64,000 nucleotides of DNA, taken from positions 3,008,001-3,072,000 of the forward strand of contig OY970399.1 of NCBI GenBank assembly GCA_963720545.1, written 5' to 3'. A program made the translations under genes and the position numbers. Source of the stretch: an uncultured Acidobacteriota bacterium. Its GTDB lineage: Bacteria; Acidobacteriota; Vicinamibacteria; Fen-336. This document shows, in pieces, positions 18,838-28,554 of the stretch; positions within the stretch are counted from its first letter, which is position 1, and every line of letters starts with the position of its first letter. The notes below the pieces were generated by a model. That model did not search any database and was not told the DNA's origin. It worked only from the letters and a program-made list of their open reading frames with translations.

Positions 18838-20527
18838 ATGGGAAGGGCACCCGCGCGACCAGCGCCGCAAACGCCTCGTTGTCTCGCAGGCCGTCGAGCA
18901 TCGGGTCGACCTTGAGCCAGACAGCCCAATGATCGTGCTCGTCGACGGCGCGCGCGAGCGACCGCAGCGCGTCCGTCTCTTCGCCGAGCGCCGCTTCGAC
19001 CGTGGCGAGGCGGAACGGCGAGATGGCGAGCGCACGCAGCTCGGCGAGCAGCGCCTGCGCCTCCTGCGCGCGTCCGCCCAGCGCCAGGCTGCGCGCCTGG
19101 TTCGAGCGGATGAGGGCGCTGCCGCCCGAGAGGCGCGCCGCCTCGCGGTACGCGGCGGCCGCCTCGTCGAAGCGCCCCAGCGCATCGAGCGCCAGGCCCA
19201 GGCCCCAGTGGCCCACCGCGAACTCGGGTGCGAGCGCCAGCAGGCGCTGCTGCCCCTCGATGTCGGGCGAGTGCTGCTGCGTCAGGTACACATGGAAACC
19301 CATGCCGGCGCGCGCGGTCAGCGACAGGGGATCGATCACAAGCGCGCGCTGCAGCTCGTCGAGCGCCTCTGCAAAAAGGCCGATCATCGCGAGGTAGAGC
19401 GCGCGCCACTGGCGCGGCTCGGCGCGCTCCGGCGCCAGCTCGACCGCGCGCAGCAGGTCGTCGCCGGCGCCAGCGAAGTCCCAACCCGAGAAGAGGCGGG
19501 CGAACGCGCGCGACAGGCGCGGCTCGAACGCTTCCGCATCGAGCGCCGCGGCGCGAAAGGCGGCCTGGCGCGCCGTCGCAAGAGCCACACGTGGGTCGCC
19601 GAAGCCGAAGATCGCCTCCATGGTCGCGGCGTTCGCCAGGCCGGCGTGCGCCAGCGCGAGGTCGGGATCGAGCGCCAGCGCCGTGCGGTATTCCTGCTTG
19701 GCGAGCGTCAGTGACGGGCCCGTGAGCTTGTTCCAGAAGAAGGAGCCGCGCAGCGCCGCTTCGTAGGCATCGGCCCGCGACGGAACGCGGTCGAGGCCCG
19801 CGGGTGCGTGCAAGCCGAGGATTGCCGCGACCGAGTCGGCGGCACGGTTCTTGAGGTCGAACAGGTCGCTCGCCTGCGCCGCCGCCGTCTCGAGGCCCAC
19901 GACCGAGCCGTCGTCGCCGCGCACCACTTCGACTGTCACCGACATGTCTGCGCCGTCGCGGCGATAACGGCCTTCGACCACGCGGTCGACGCCGAGGTCG
20001 GCCGCGACCACGGTGGCGCTCACCACCTTGCCGGCATAGGCGAGCACGGCGCTCGACGGCCGCACGCTGAGCGCCTGGGAACGCGCCAGGCGGGCAATGA
20101 CGGCCTCGGCGAGCCCGAACCCGAGGGGATCCTCACCGCCCGCACCCGTGCCGAGGCGGAAGGGCAGCACCGCGACCGACAGGCGCTCTGCGCCGGCAGT
20201 GGCGGGGACGGGCAGCGCGGCCGTGAACCGGTAGCCGCGGCGCGGCACTGTCTCGATGTAGTCCGACTTCGCACCGCCCAGCTCCTTGCGCAGCTGCGAC
20301 ACCAGCACGCTCAGGTTCGCTTCCTCGACGAAGGTGTCGGGCCAGACCTCGGCCAGCAGCTCCTCCTTCGTCGCCAGCTGGCCGCGCCGCTTCACCAGCG
20401 CGCAGAGAAGGTCGGCCGCCTTCGGCGCGAGGCCGACGAGCTCCCGACCGCGCCACAGGACGCGGCGCTCGAGGTCGAGGCGGTAGGTCCCGGCCGGCCC
20501 GAACGCGATCTCGCCACTCGTCGTCAC
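18836..20527 (-). CDS. Winged-helix (OmpR/CadC-type) + TolB-like + TPR transcriptional regulator
   Basis: KEELLAEVWPDTFVEEANL...IETVPRRGYRF, SVAVLPF, TPR repeats and the C-terminal LKVDPMLDGLR motif. GTG start inferred. Confidence 0.88.
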   Translation of the reverse strand: MTTSGEIAFGPAGTYRLDLERRVLWRGRELVGLAPKAADLLCALVKRRGQLATKEELLAEVWPDTFVEEANLSVLVSQLRKELGGAKSDYIETVPRRGYRFTAALPVPATAGAERLSVAVLPFRLGTGAGGEDPLGFGLAEAVIARLARSQALSVRPSSAVLAYAGKVVSATVVAADLGVDRVVEGRYRRDGADMSVTVEVVRGDDGSVVGLETAAAQASDLFDLKNRAADSVAAILGLHAPAGLDRVPSRADAYEAALRGSFFWNKLTGPSLTLAKQEYRTALALDPDLALAHAGLANAATMEAIFGFGDPRVALATARQAAFRAAALDAEAFEPRLSRAFARLFSGWDFAGAGDDLLRAVELAPERAEPRQWRALYLAMIGLFAEALDELQRALVIDPLSLTARAGMGFHVYLTQQHSPDIEGQQRLLALAPEFAVGHWGLGLALDALGRFDEAAAAYREAARLSGGSALIRSNQARSLALGGRAQEAQALLAELRALAISPFRLATVEAALGEETDALRSLARAVDEHDHWAVWLKVDPMLDGLRDNEAFAALVARVPFP

Positions 20528-20637
20528 GCCGCTGATTCTGCGGTCTTTGGGAATCCTTTGGAAATCACCTGCCTCACGCCAAGGACGCAAACCGCCGCCG
20601 CGCCGTACCTTGGCGTCATGAACTTTGGAGGACGGCG

Positions 20638-21300
20638 ATGAGCGACAGGGAGATTCGCGGCATTACGGCGACGGTGGAGAAGAAGGCGCTCTTGTGGCTT
20701 GCGGCGCGCATGCCGGGGTGGATCGGCTCCGACCTGCTGACCTTCATCGGTTTTGCCGGCACGCTCGGCGCGGGGCTCTCGTACTGGCAGGCGAGCAACG
20801 CGCCGGGATTCCTGCATGTCGTGAACCTGTGCCTGTTCGTCAACTGGTACGGCGACAGCCTCGACGGCACGCTGGCGCGCTATCGCAAGGCGCAGCGGCC
20901 GCGGTACGGCTACTACGTGGACCACATCGCCGACACCTTCGGCGTCGCCGCGCTGCTCGGCGGCCTCGCCGCGTCCGGACTGATGAGTCTGGGGATCGCG
21001 GCCGGGCTGCTGGTCGCGTACTACCTGGTGTCGATCGAGATGTATCTCGCCACGCATTCGCTCGGCACCCTCACGATCGGCCAGGCCGGCATCGGCGGCA
21101 CCGAACTGCGCCTCATCCTCGTGGCGCTCAACCTGGCCGCGCTGTTCGTTCCGCGCTTCATGATCTTCGCGCGCGATGTGTTGCTCTTCGATCTCGCCGG
21201 CCTGCTGGCGATCCTCGGCCTGGTCGCCGGCACACTGGTCGCAGCAGTGCGCAACACTGCTGCGCTCTATCGTCTGGAGCCGCTGCCCGCGAAGCGCTAA
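20638..21300 (+). CDS. CDP-alcohol phosphatidyltransferase family protein
   Basis: GDSLDGTLARYRKAQRPRYGYYVDHIAD matches DxxDGxxAR...GxxxDxxxD. SD GGAGG upstream. Confidence 0.9.
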   Translation: MSDREIRGITATVEKKALLWLAARMPGWIGSDLLTFIGFAGTLGAGLSYWQASNAPGFLHVVNLCLFVNWYGDSLDGTLARYRKAQRPRYGYYVDHIADTFGVAALLGGLAASGLMSLGIAAGLLVAYYLVSIEMYLATHSLGTLTIGQAGIGGTELRLILVALNLAALFVPRFMIFARDVLLFDLAGLLAILGLVAGTLVAAVRNTAALYRLEPLPAKR

Positions 21301-21324
21301 CCTCCGCCGCGGAGGCACACCGCC

Positions 21325-22620
21325 ATGAAGCTTCGTGCTGCCGTTGCCGCCGTTCTCGCAGGACTCGTCGTCGCTGCGCCTCCGGCGCGCGCCGAGACGC
21401 TGGTCGTCAAGGCCGCGCACCTCATCGACGGGCGCGGCGGCAAGCCGTCCGGTCCGGTCATGGTGCTGGTCGAGGACGAACGCATCAAGGCGGTCGCGGC
21501 CGCAATCGAGGTGCCCGCGGGCGCGCGTGTCGTCGACCTCGGCGGGGCGACGCTCCTTCCGGGCCTCATCGACCTGCACACGCACCTCACCGACCACTTC
21601 GGCACGCATTGGGAGGAGGCGCTGCTGACGACGACACCACCGGATGCCGCGCTCTGGGGTGCTTACAACGCGAAGGTCACGCTGCTCGCCGGCTTCACCA
21701 CCTGCCGCGAGATGGGGCCGACCTGGCCGTATGTCGACGTGGCGCTGCGCAATGCGATCGACCAGGGGGCGGTTCCCGGCCCGCGGCTGATGGTCGCGGG
21801 GAACTACGTCTCGGCGACCGGCGGCGCCGGCGACGCGCGGCAATTCTCGATCTACGTGGACGTGCCCACCGTGCGCAACCTCGCCGACTCGGCCGACGAG
21901 ATCGTCAAGGCGATCCGCACCAACTTCAAGAACGGCGCCGACTTCGTCAAGATCCTCGCGACCGGCGCGGTGCTGTCGAAGGGGCTGCTGCCGACCGCGC
22001 AGCAGTACACCGACGAGGAGATGCGCGCGGCGGTGGTCGAGGCCAACCGCTGGGGCCGGCAGGTGGCGTCGCACGCGCACGGCGCCGCCGGTATCAAGGC
22101 GTCGATCCGCGCCGGCGTGCGCACCGTGGACCATGGGTCGTACCTCGACGACGAGGCGGTCGCGATGCTGCGCGCCGGCAACCGCAAGACCTTCTACGTG
22201 CCGACGCTCTACACGAGCGAAGCGATCCTCGGCGCCGCGGGGGAACACGTGCCGGCGTCCGAGCGCGAGCGCGAGCGCCAGATCCGCGACATCCAGTACG
22301 CCGGCTTCAAGCGCGCGCTGGCCGCGGGGCTGCCGATCGGCGTGTCCACCGACGCCGCGGTGATTCCGCACGGCGAGAACGCGCACGAGCTGGCGGTGCG
22401 GGTCGGTTTCGGCGAAACCACGATGGCGGCGATCGTCTCGGCAACCAGCCTCAACGCCGAGATCATGGGCTGGTCGGACCGTGTCGGCTCGGTCGAGGCG
22501 GGCAAGTTCGCCGACCTGGTTGCCGTTTCCGGCGACCCGCTGCAGGACATCACCGAGCTGCAGCGGATGAAGTTCGTGATGAAGGGCGGCGCGATCTACC
22601 GCAACGAGCTCGCGAACTAG
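21325..22620 (+). CDS. Secreted metal-dependent amidohydrolase (imidazolonepropionase/Xaa-Pro dipeptidase-like)
   Basis: Signal peptide, PGLIDLHTH, SHAHG, DHG, STDA and GKFADLVAV motifs. Confidence 0.88.
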   Translation: MKLRAAVAAVLAGLVVAAPPARAETLVVKAAHLIDGRGGKPSGPVMVLVEDERIKAVAAAIEVPAGARVVDLGGATLLPGLIDLHTHLTDHFGTHWEEALLTTTPPDAALWGAYNAKVTLLAGFTTCREMGPTWPYVDVALRNAIDQGAVPGPRLMVAGNYVSATGGAGDARQFSIYVDVPTVRNLADSADEIVKAIRTNFKNGADFVKILATGAVLSKGLLPTAQQYTDEEMRAAVVEANRWGRQVASHAHGAAGIKASIRAGVRTVDHGSYLDDEAVAMLRAGNRKTFYVPTLYTSEAILGAAGEHVPASERERERQIRDIQYAGFKRALAAGLPIGVSTDAAVIPHGENAHELAVRVGFGETTMAAIVSATSLNAEIMGWSDRVGSVEAGKFADLVAVSGDPLQDITELQRMKFVMKGGAIYRNELAN

Positions 22621-23492
22621 CGCTGCTTCGGCGGCAGCAGGCCCGTGCGCTCGGCGATCTTGCGGTCGACGAAGCGCTTCGGCAGGAGGCGCGGCAGCGT
22701 GAAGCCCATGAACGGACGGCGCAGGATCGTGTAGCGCACCCGGGGCTTCGCCGTCGTCAGCGCCTCGTGCACCAGACGCCCGACCGCTTCGGCCTCGATC
22801 CCGGCGCGGCCCGAGGCGAGCGCCGCTTCGCGGAAACGCTGCAGCGCCGGGGCGAACGGCGTGTCGTCGTAGGCGTCGCCGACCTGTTCCTCGGTCTTGT
22901 CCCAGATCGGCGTCGCGACCGCGCCCGGGCCGACGATGACGACGTCGATGCCGTAGAGGACGAGCTCGCGGCGCAGGCACTCGGAGAGTCCTTCGAGCGC
23001 GTGCTTGGAGGCGACGTAGGGGCCGATGAAAGGCGCGCCGATCTTGCCGGCCACCGAACTCATGTTGACGATGCGGCCCGGCGCGCCGCGCCGCGAGCGG
23101 TCGGCGCCGAGCAGCGGCGCGAACGCCTGGGTCACGGACAGCGCGCCGAACAGGTTGACCTCGAACTGGCGGCGCAGGTCGTTGAGCGGCAGGTGCAGCA
23201 GCGGGCCGCCGATGCCGATGCCGGCGTTGTTGACGAGGCCAAAGAGCGTCGTGCCGTCGAGGCTGGTCGCGACCCGCGCCGCCCCGGCATGCACCGCCGC
23301 TTCATCGGTCACGTCGAAGTCGAGCGGCACGAAGCGCTCGCCGAGCTCCGCGCGCACCCGCTCGCCGTCTGCCGGCTTGCGCACGCTGCCGAAGACACGC
23401 ATGCCGTTCTCGACCAGCACCTTGCACGTCGCGAAGCCGATTCCGGTGGAGGCGCCGGTGACGACCACGGCGCGCGCAGCGTTGTCGCTCAA
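22617..23492 (-). CDS. Short-chain dehydrogenase/reductase
   Basis: TGASTGIG, NNAG and YVASK. TTG start overlapping the upstream SDR stop (TTGA). Confidence 0.9.
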   Translation of the reverse strand: MSDNAARAVVVTGASTGIGFATCKVLVENGMRVFGSVRKPADGERVRAELGERFVPLDFDVTDEAAVHAGAARVATSLDGTTLFGLVNNAGIGIGGPLLHLPLNDLRRQFEVNLFGALSVTQAFAPLLGADRSRRGAPGRIVNMSSVAGKIGAPFIGPYVASKHALEGLSECLRRELVLYGIDVVIVGPGAVATPIWDKTEEQVGDAYDDTPFAPALQRFREAALASGRAGIEAEAVGRLVHEALTTAKPRVRYTILRRPFMGFTLPRLLPKRFVDRKIAERTGLLPPKQR

Positions 23493-24301
23493 GCCTGGTC
23501 CTCGAGGGCGTTGAAGCGCTTCGCCACCTTGCGCACCAGGAAGCGCGGCGCGAAGCGCTCGAAGAACGGCGGGATCTTGTTGGTGAAGCCGGCGATCGCC
23601 ACCGCCTTGCCGGCGCGGAACGCCCGGTGGCCGATGCGCGCAACCGCCGGCGCGTCCATCGCGCCGAGGCGTTCGAAGGCGACTCCGTTGGTGCCGGCTT
23701 CGGCCTGGAAGCCTGTCGTGGTCGGCCCCGGGCAGAAGCACGTGACCGTGACGCCGCTGCCGCTCACTTCCTCGGTGAGCGCCTCGCTGAACGAGAGCAC
23801 GTACGCCTTGGTCGCGTAGTAGACCGCCATGTTCGGCCCCGGCTGGAAGGATGCCGTCGAGGCCACGTTGACGATGCCGCCGCGGCGGCGCGCCAGCATC
23901 CCGGGAAGGAACAGGCGCGTCAAGTGCGTGAGCGCCGAGACGTTGACCGTCACCATGTCGAGCAGGCGCCGGGTGTCGAGGCTCGCGACCGGACCGATCG
24001 CGCCGAAGCCGGCGTTGTTGACGAGCACGTCCACCGCGATGCCCGCGGCTTCGAGCCGCTCGAACAACCAGCGTGGCGCCCCGGAGTCGATGAGGTCGGC
24101 GTTCTCGACGCGCGCCGCGATGCCGTGGGCAGCGCGCAGTTCCGCGGCCAAAGCCTCGAGCTTGCCGATGCTGCGGGCGACGAGCACCAGGTTGCAGCGC
24201 TCCGCGGCGAACAGGCGCGCCAGCTCCAGGCCGATGCCCGAGGAGGCGCCCGTGATGAGCACTGTTTCCACGCCGGCCGGGCTCGTCGTCTCGGTCGTCA
24301 T
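23489..24301 (-). CDS. Short-chain dehydrogenase/reductase (DltE-like)
   Basis: TGASSGIG, NNAGFG and YYATK. Confidence 0.92.
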   Translation of the reverse strand: MTTETTSPAGVETVLITGASSGIGLELARLFAAERCNLVLVARSIGKLEALAAELRAAHGIAARVENADLIDSGAPRWLFERLEAAGIAVDVLVNNAGFGAIGPVASLDTRRLLDMVTVNVSALTHLTRLFLPGMLARRRGGIVNVASTASFQPGPNMAVYYATKAYVLSFSEALTEEVSGSGVTVTCFCPGPTTTGFQAEAGTNGVAFERLGAMDAPAVARIGHRAFRAGKAVAIAGFTNKIPPFFERFAPRFLVRKVAKRFNALEDQA

Positions 24302-25050
24302 CAGCGCGCGAGCCGCTGCGCCTGGTAAGCGGCGCGCGCCTTGTCGTTGGGATCGCGTGGCTCGCGGATCGGCAGCGCCGCGACCGACTGGTACTCACGC
24401 AGCGCGTCCTCCTTGCGCCCCAGCGATTCGTACGTGCGGCCAAGCTCATAGTGGCCGAGGATGATGCCGGGCGAGAGCTGAACGCCTTTCTCGAGCATGG
24501 TGCGCGAATCCTCGAGGCTCCCGGGCGGGATGGTGCCGACCAGCAGCTTCGCGAATTGCCGCAGAACCCAGCTGAGCTCCGCGAGCTCGCGGTAGTAGAT
24601 CCCGAGCGCGACATAAGGCGGCGAGAAGTTCGGGTCGAGGTCGATGGCGCGGCGCGCGTCCTTTTCGAGGTCCTGCGCGAGGCGCACCTTCTCCTTGCCA
24701 CCCTTCAGCAGCGCCAGGTTGCCGGCGCTCGCGGCGGCCCAGAAATGGCCGACTGCGTTGTCGGGGTGCTGGCTCTGCGCCTGCTTCGCGTACTCGATCG
24801 CCTTGCGGTAGTGGGGCTCCGCCTGGTCCCTGGGTCCGGAGACGCCCAGGTCGTTGTGCACGTGGGCGAGACACGTGAGGCCCTCGACGCGCCCGGCGTC
24901 CTGCGCGTGCGCCTGTTCGCAGGCGGCGAGCGCGCCTTGCAGGTCGAGCGCGTCGTGGCGCTCGTTGAAGCGTTTGATGAGGTCGTCGAAGGACGGCTGC
25001 GACTGCGCGGCGGCGAGCGCCGCGGCCAGCACCAGGACAATCGGGGGCAT
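24301..25050 (-). CDS. Secreted TPR-repeat protein
   Basis: MPPIVLVLAAALAAAQ signal followed by TPR-like helices (AVGHFWAAASAG, RAIDLDPNFSPPYVALG, GHYELGRTY). TGATG coupling to the downstream SDR. Confidence 0.75.
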   Translation of the reverse strand: MPPIVLVLAAALAAAQSQPSFDDLIKRFNERHDALDLQGALAACEQAHAQDAGRVEGLTCLAHVHNDLGVSGPRDQAEPHYRKAIEYAKQAQSQHPDNAVGHFWAAASAGNLALLKGGKEKVRLAQDLEKDARRAIDLDPNFSPPYVALGIYYRELAELSWVLRQFAKLLVGTIPPGSLEDSRTMLEKGVQLSPGIILGHYELGRTYESLGRKEDALREYQSVAALPIREPRDPNDKARAAYQAQRLAR

Positions 25051-25089
25051 CTCTTCGCATTGTAAGCTGCGCCCCTCGCCACCATCATT

Positions 25090-26811
25090 ATGCGCAGGCT
25101 CCTGCTCGCGGCCATCCTCGTCCTCGCCGCCGCGCTGCGCCTCGCTGGAATCTCCTGGGGGCTTCGCCAGGAGCCGCATTCCGACGAGCGTGTGTTCGTC
25201 GAGAACGCCGCCGCGATGGTCGCGGCCGGCAACCTCGACCACCGCTACTACGAGTATCCGGGCCTGTTCTTCTACCTGCTCGGTCCAGTGCTCTGGGCCG
25301 CGGGCGCCGTGCCGGTTCCCGGGGTGCGCGGCTACCTCGCGGCGCGCGCGCTCGTCGACCTGTTCGGCGTGCTCGACGTGGCGTTGGTCTTTTTTCTCGT
25401 GCGCCGCATGGCCGGCCCGGCGGTGGGGCTCACGGCCGCGCTGCTGCTGGCCGTGTCGCCGCTCGACGTCTTCACTGCGCAGACGGCGCGGCCCGATATC
25501 GTGGTGCAGGCGTTCGTGACGCTGTCCCTGATCGCCACGCTGCTGGTGGGCACGCGTCTGCGCCACGACGCGTACGCGGGGCTCGCGATCGGCGCCGCAG
25601 CGTCGGTGAAGTTCAGCGGGCTCCTGGCGGTGTCTGGATATGCAGGCCGGCGCCTGGCCGCTGCCGGGCCGCGGCTCAGGGGCCTCGCTGTCGCCGGATT
25701 GTGTGCCACCGGGCTGCTCGCCGCCTCGATGAGCGCGTCGTTCTGTTCGGGGCATGGCGGCGCGGTTGGCGCTGGCCTCGCCGACCAATGGGGCTACCAC
25801 TTCGACAGCGGCTTCATCGGCCGGCGCTTCTTCGGCATCCTCGGCTTCTTCGGCGCGGCACTGTGGCGCGAGATGGGCCCGCTCGCCTGCGGCCTGGCGG
25901 TAGTCGCCGCGGTGGCGGGCCTGGCGCGCCGCCGGCCGCAGGTCCTGCCGCTCGTCTCGCTGCTGGTGGTGACGGTCGCCGTCCACTGCCTGGCGGGGGC
26001 GCGCTTCGTGCGGTTTCTCGTTCCGGTGATGGGTGCTTTCTGTGCGCTCGCGGCGCTCGGCGCCGACTGGGCGGCGCGGCGCTTACGGCTGCCGCTCGCC
26101 GCCGTCGCGGTCCTGCTTTGCGCGTGGCCTCTGGTGCGGACCGTGGGCGCCGTGCGCGTCGTGCTGGCGCCGCATCCGCTCGACCGCATCCTCGACGCGC
26201 TCGACCGCCAGGTGCCGGCCGGCGCCATCGTCTTTCTCGACGCGCCGGAGCTCGGCATCGATCGCGCCCGCTACCGTGTCGTCTCCGCCAGCGGCGATCC
26301 AGCGCTCGACCGGCACGGCATCGCGGCAAGCGCCTACGCCGTCGTCAGGCCGGGGAGTGCTGCCGTGCTGAACAATGCCGGCGCGGGCGCGCTGGCCGCG
26401 GCGGCCGATGACGTGCTCAACCTGCCGTTGACCGAGCTCTACGCCGTGCCGCCGTCGCTCGCGGCCAGGTACGTCGCCGTACCCGGAGAATCTTTGGCGG
26501 ACGGCGACCAGCGCCGCACGATCCTGCGGTTTCGCGAACCCCATGACGTCGCGCGCATCCGCCTGCTGGGTGTGCGCCGCATCGCCCCGGATGGTCGCAC
26601 CGGTGTCGCGTGGTCGCCCGACCCAAGCGGCGACGACTGGCGGGCGCTGCGCGCGCTGGCGGTGCCGGGCGCACCTGCGCTCGACGTCACCCGCGCCAGC
26701 GATGCGGCGTTCGTGTTCGCACCCGTGCCCGCGCGGCGCGTGCGCGTGCGCACGGCGCCCGGGCCGAAGCGCACGGCGCCGCCCATCGCCGCCGACGAAC
26801 TCGCGCGGTAA
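25090..26811 (+). CDS. GT-C fold membrane glycosyltransferase (ArnT/PMT-like), copy 1
   Basis: LR...WGL...HSDE...YYEYPGLFFYL, ARPD and ASVKFSG motifs, many TM helices and a soluble C-terminal domain. Confidence 0.8.
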   Translation: MRRLLLAAILVLAAALRLAGISWGLRQEPHSDERVFVENAAAMVAAGNLDHRYYEYPGLFFYLLGPVLWAAGAVPVPGVRGYLAARALVDLFGVLDVALVFFLVRRMAGPAVGLTAALLLAVSPLDVFTAQTARPDIVVQAFVTLSLIATLLVGTRLRHDAYAGLAIGAAASVKFSGLLAVSGYAGRRLAAAGPRLRGLAVAGLCATGLLAASMSASFCSGHGGAVGAGLADQWGYHFDSGFIGRRFFGILGFFGAALWREMGPLACGLAVVAAVAGLARRRPQVLPLVSLLVVTVAVHCLAGARFVRFLVPVMGAFCALAALGADWAARRLRLPLAAVAVLLCAWPLVRTVGAVRVVLAPHPLDRILDALDRQVPAGAIVFLDAPELGIDRARYRVVSASGDPALDRHGIAASAYAVVRPGSAAVLNNAGAGALAAAADDVLNLPLTELYAVPPSLAARYVAVPGESLADGDQRRTILRFREPHDVARIRLLGVRRIAPDGRTGVAWSPDPSGDDWRALRALAVPGAPALDVTRASDAAFVFAPVPARRVRVRTAPGPKRTAPPIAADELAR

Positions 26812-26823
26812 GCTCGCTCGCCA

Positions 26824-28548
26824 ATGTCGAGGCTGCAGTCGCCGGCGCTCCTCATCGCCATCCTGGCGCTCGCCGCGGCGTTGCGCTTCGCCGGCATTTC
26901 GTGGGGGTTGCGCCACGAGATTGGCTTCGACGAACGGGTTTTCGTCGACAGCACCGCGGCCATGGTGGCCTCCGGCACGCTCGATTACCGCTACTACGAG
27001 TATCCGGGCCTCTTCTTCTATCTGCTTGCGCCGGTGTTCCGGGTGCTGGGCGCCTACCCAACGGCCGGGGTGCCCGGCATCCTCGCAGCGCGCGCGTTGG
27101 TCGATGCCTTCGGCGTGCTCGACGTCGCGCTCGTCTACCTCCTTGGGCGGCGTCTCTCGGGCACCGTGGCCGGGCTGATGGCAGCCTTGTTCCTCGCGGT
27201 ATCGCCGATCGACACCTACACGGCCCAGACCGCGCGTCCCGACGTGGTGCTGCAAGCGTTCGTGACGATGGTGCTCATCGCCACGCTCACCGTCGGCGCG
27301 CGCCTGCGCGACGACGCACGCGCCGGTATGTGGATCGGCCTCGCAGCCGCGGTCAAGTTCAGCGGGGTACTGGTCTGCGTGCCCTTCGTCGTGCGCCGCC
27401 TGCTGACGCCGGGGCCGCGGCTGCGCGGGCTGGCGCTTGCAGGAGGATGCGCCGCCGCCTTGTTGTCCTTGTCGATGATGGTGTCGTTCTTTCGTCCCGC
27501 CGCGCTCGAACGCGGCATGGCGAACCAGTGGGGCTACCACTTCAGCAGCGGTTTCGGCACCCGCTTCCTCGAGGTCTCGGGGTACTTCACAAGGATGGTC
27601 CTGTGGCGGCAGATGGGCGGCGTCCTTTGCGTGTTCGCAGTCTGCGGCGCGCTCGCCGGATTGCGGTCGCGGCAGCTGCGTTCCGGAGTGTTGCCGCTCT
27701 TCGTGTTCATTGCCACGACCATCGCCGTGCACTCGCTGGCTCAGGCGCGCTTCGCGCGCTTCCTGGTGCCGGTCACGGGCGCTTTCTGCGTGCTCGCCGC
27801 GCTCGGCATCGAGCTCACCGCACCACGGCTGCGGCTGCCGGCAGCGGCGCTGGCGCTCGCGGCCGCGGCGGCTCCCTTCTGGATCTCGTTCGACGGCGCG
27901 CGCCGGGTGGCGCGGCCGCACGCCTGGGACGCGGTCGCCGACGCCCTGAACGCCGCCGCGCCGCCGGGTTCCGTGGTGTTTCTCGACGCCCCGGGCATGG
28001 GACTCGACCGCGAACGCTACCTGGTCGTGGACGCGAACGGCGATACCGCGATCGACGCCGCGGCGTTGCGGGAATGCGACTACGCGGTGCTCTCGCCACG
28101 CCTGCGAAATGGCTTGGAGCAGGCGCCGGTCCTGGCGGAGGCGGCCGACCCGGTGCTTGGGGTCGCTGCGGCGCGCCTCGTGAAAATCGCTCCGCCGCTG
28201 CGCGGTGAGCACAGGCCGATTGACGCGGCTTCGGGGCAGGTCACAGCGGACGGTCGTTTCTTCGAGCTGACGCTGGCCCGGCCGGCCACGGTTTCGCGCC
28301 TGCGGCTGCCCGGCCTGCACCGCCCGCTCGGCGGCAAGCCGCTGCTGCTGCAGGTCTCGCCCGACGCGCAGGGCGACGCGTTCACGCCGCTGCGCAGCAT
28401 CGCCATCGCTGGTGCTCGAAATGCGCGCGATCCCATCGTGGTGTTCGCGCCCGTCGTCGCACGGCGGATTCGTTTGCGCGTGCCGCTCGGTCCGCGCCGT
28501 GCCACGCCGCCTTTCATTGCCGAGCAAGCAGCAGCGCAAGTAAACTGA
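26824..28548 (+). CDS. GT-C fold membrane glycosyltransferase (ArnT/PMT-like), copy 2
   Basis: Colinear paralogue of the upstream gene (GFDERVF, YYEYPGLFFYL, AQTARPD, AVKFSG, QWGYHF, ARFARFLVP). Confidence 0.8.
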   Translation: MSRLQSPALLIAILALAAALRFAGISWGLRHEIGFDERVFVDSTAAMVASGTLDYRYYEYPGLFFYLLAPVFRVLGAYPTAGVPGILAARALVDAFGVLDVALVYLLGRRLSGTVAGLMAALFLAVSPIDTYTAQTARPDVVLQAFVTMVLIATLTVGARLRDDARAGMWIGLAAAVKFSGVLVCVPFVVRRLLTPGPRLRGLALAGGCAAALLSLSMMVSFFRPAALERGMANQWGYHFSSGFGTRFLEVSGYFTRMVLWRQMGGVLCVFAVCGALAGLRSRQLRSGVLPLFVFIATTIAVHSLAQARFARFLVPVTGAFCVLAALGIELTAPRLRLPAAALALAAAAAPFWISFDGARRVARPHAWDAVADALNAAAPPGSVVFLDAPGMGLDRERYLVVDANGDTAIDAAALRECDYAVLSPRLRNGLEQAPVLAEAADPVLGVAAARLVKIAPPLRGEHRPIDAASGQVTADGRFFELTLARPATVSRLRLPGLHRPLGGKPLLLQVSPDAQGDAFTPLRSIAIAGARNARDPIVVFAPVVARRIRLRVPLGPRRATPPFIAEQAAAQVN

Positions 28549-28554
28549 AAAACC

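Noticed and set aside
22617..24701. 694-aa ORF suggesting a fused or frameshifted double SDR
   Set aside because: Only the last approx. 291 codons are SDR-like. The upstream part is an off-frame read of the neighbouring genes, and a TTG start overlaps the upstream stop.
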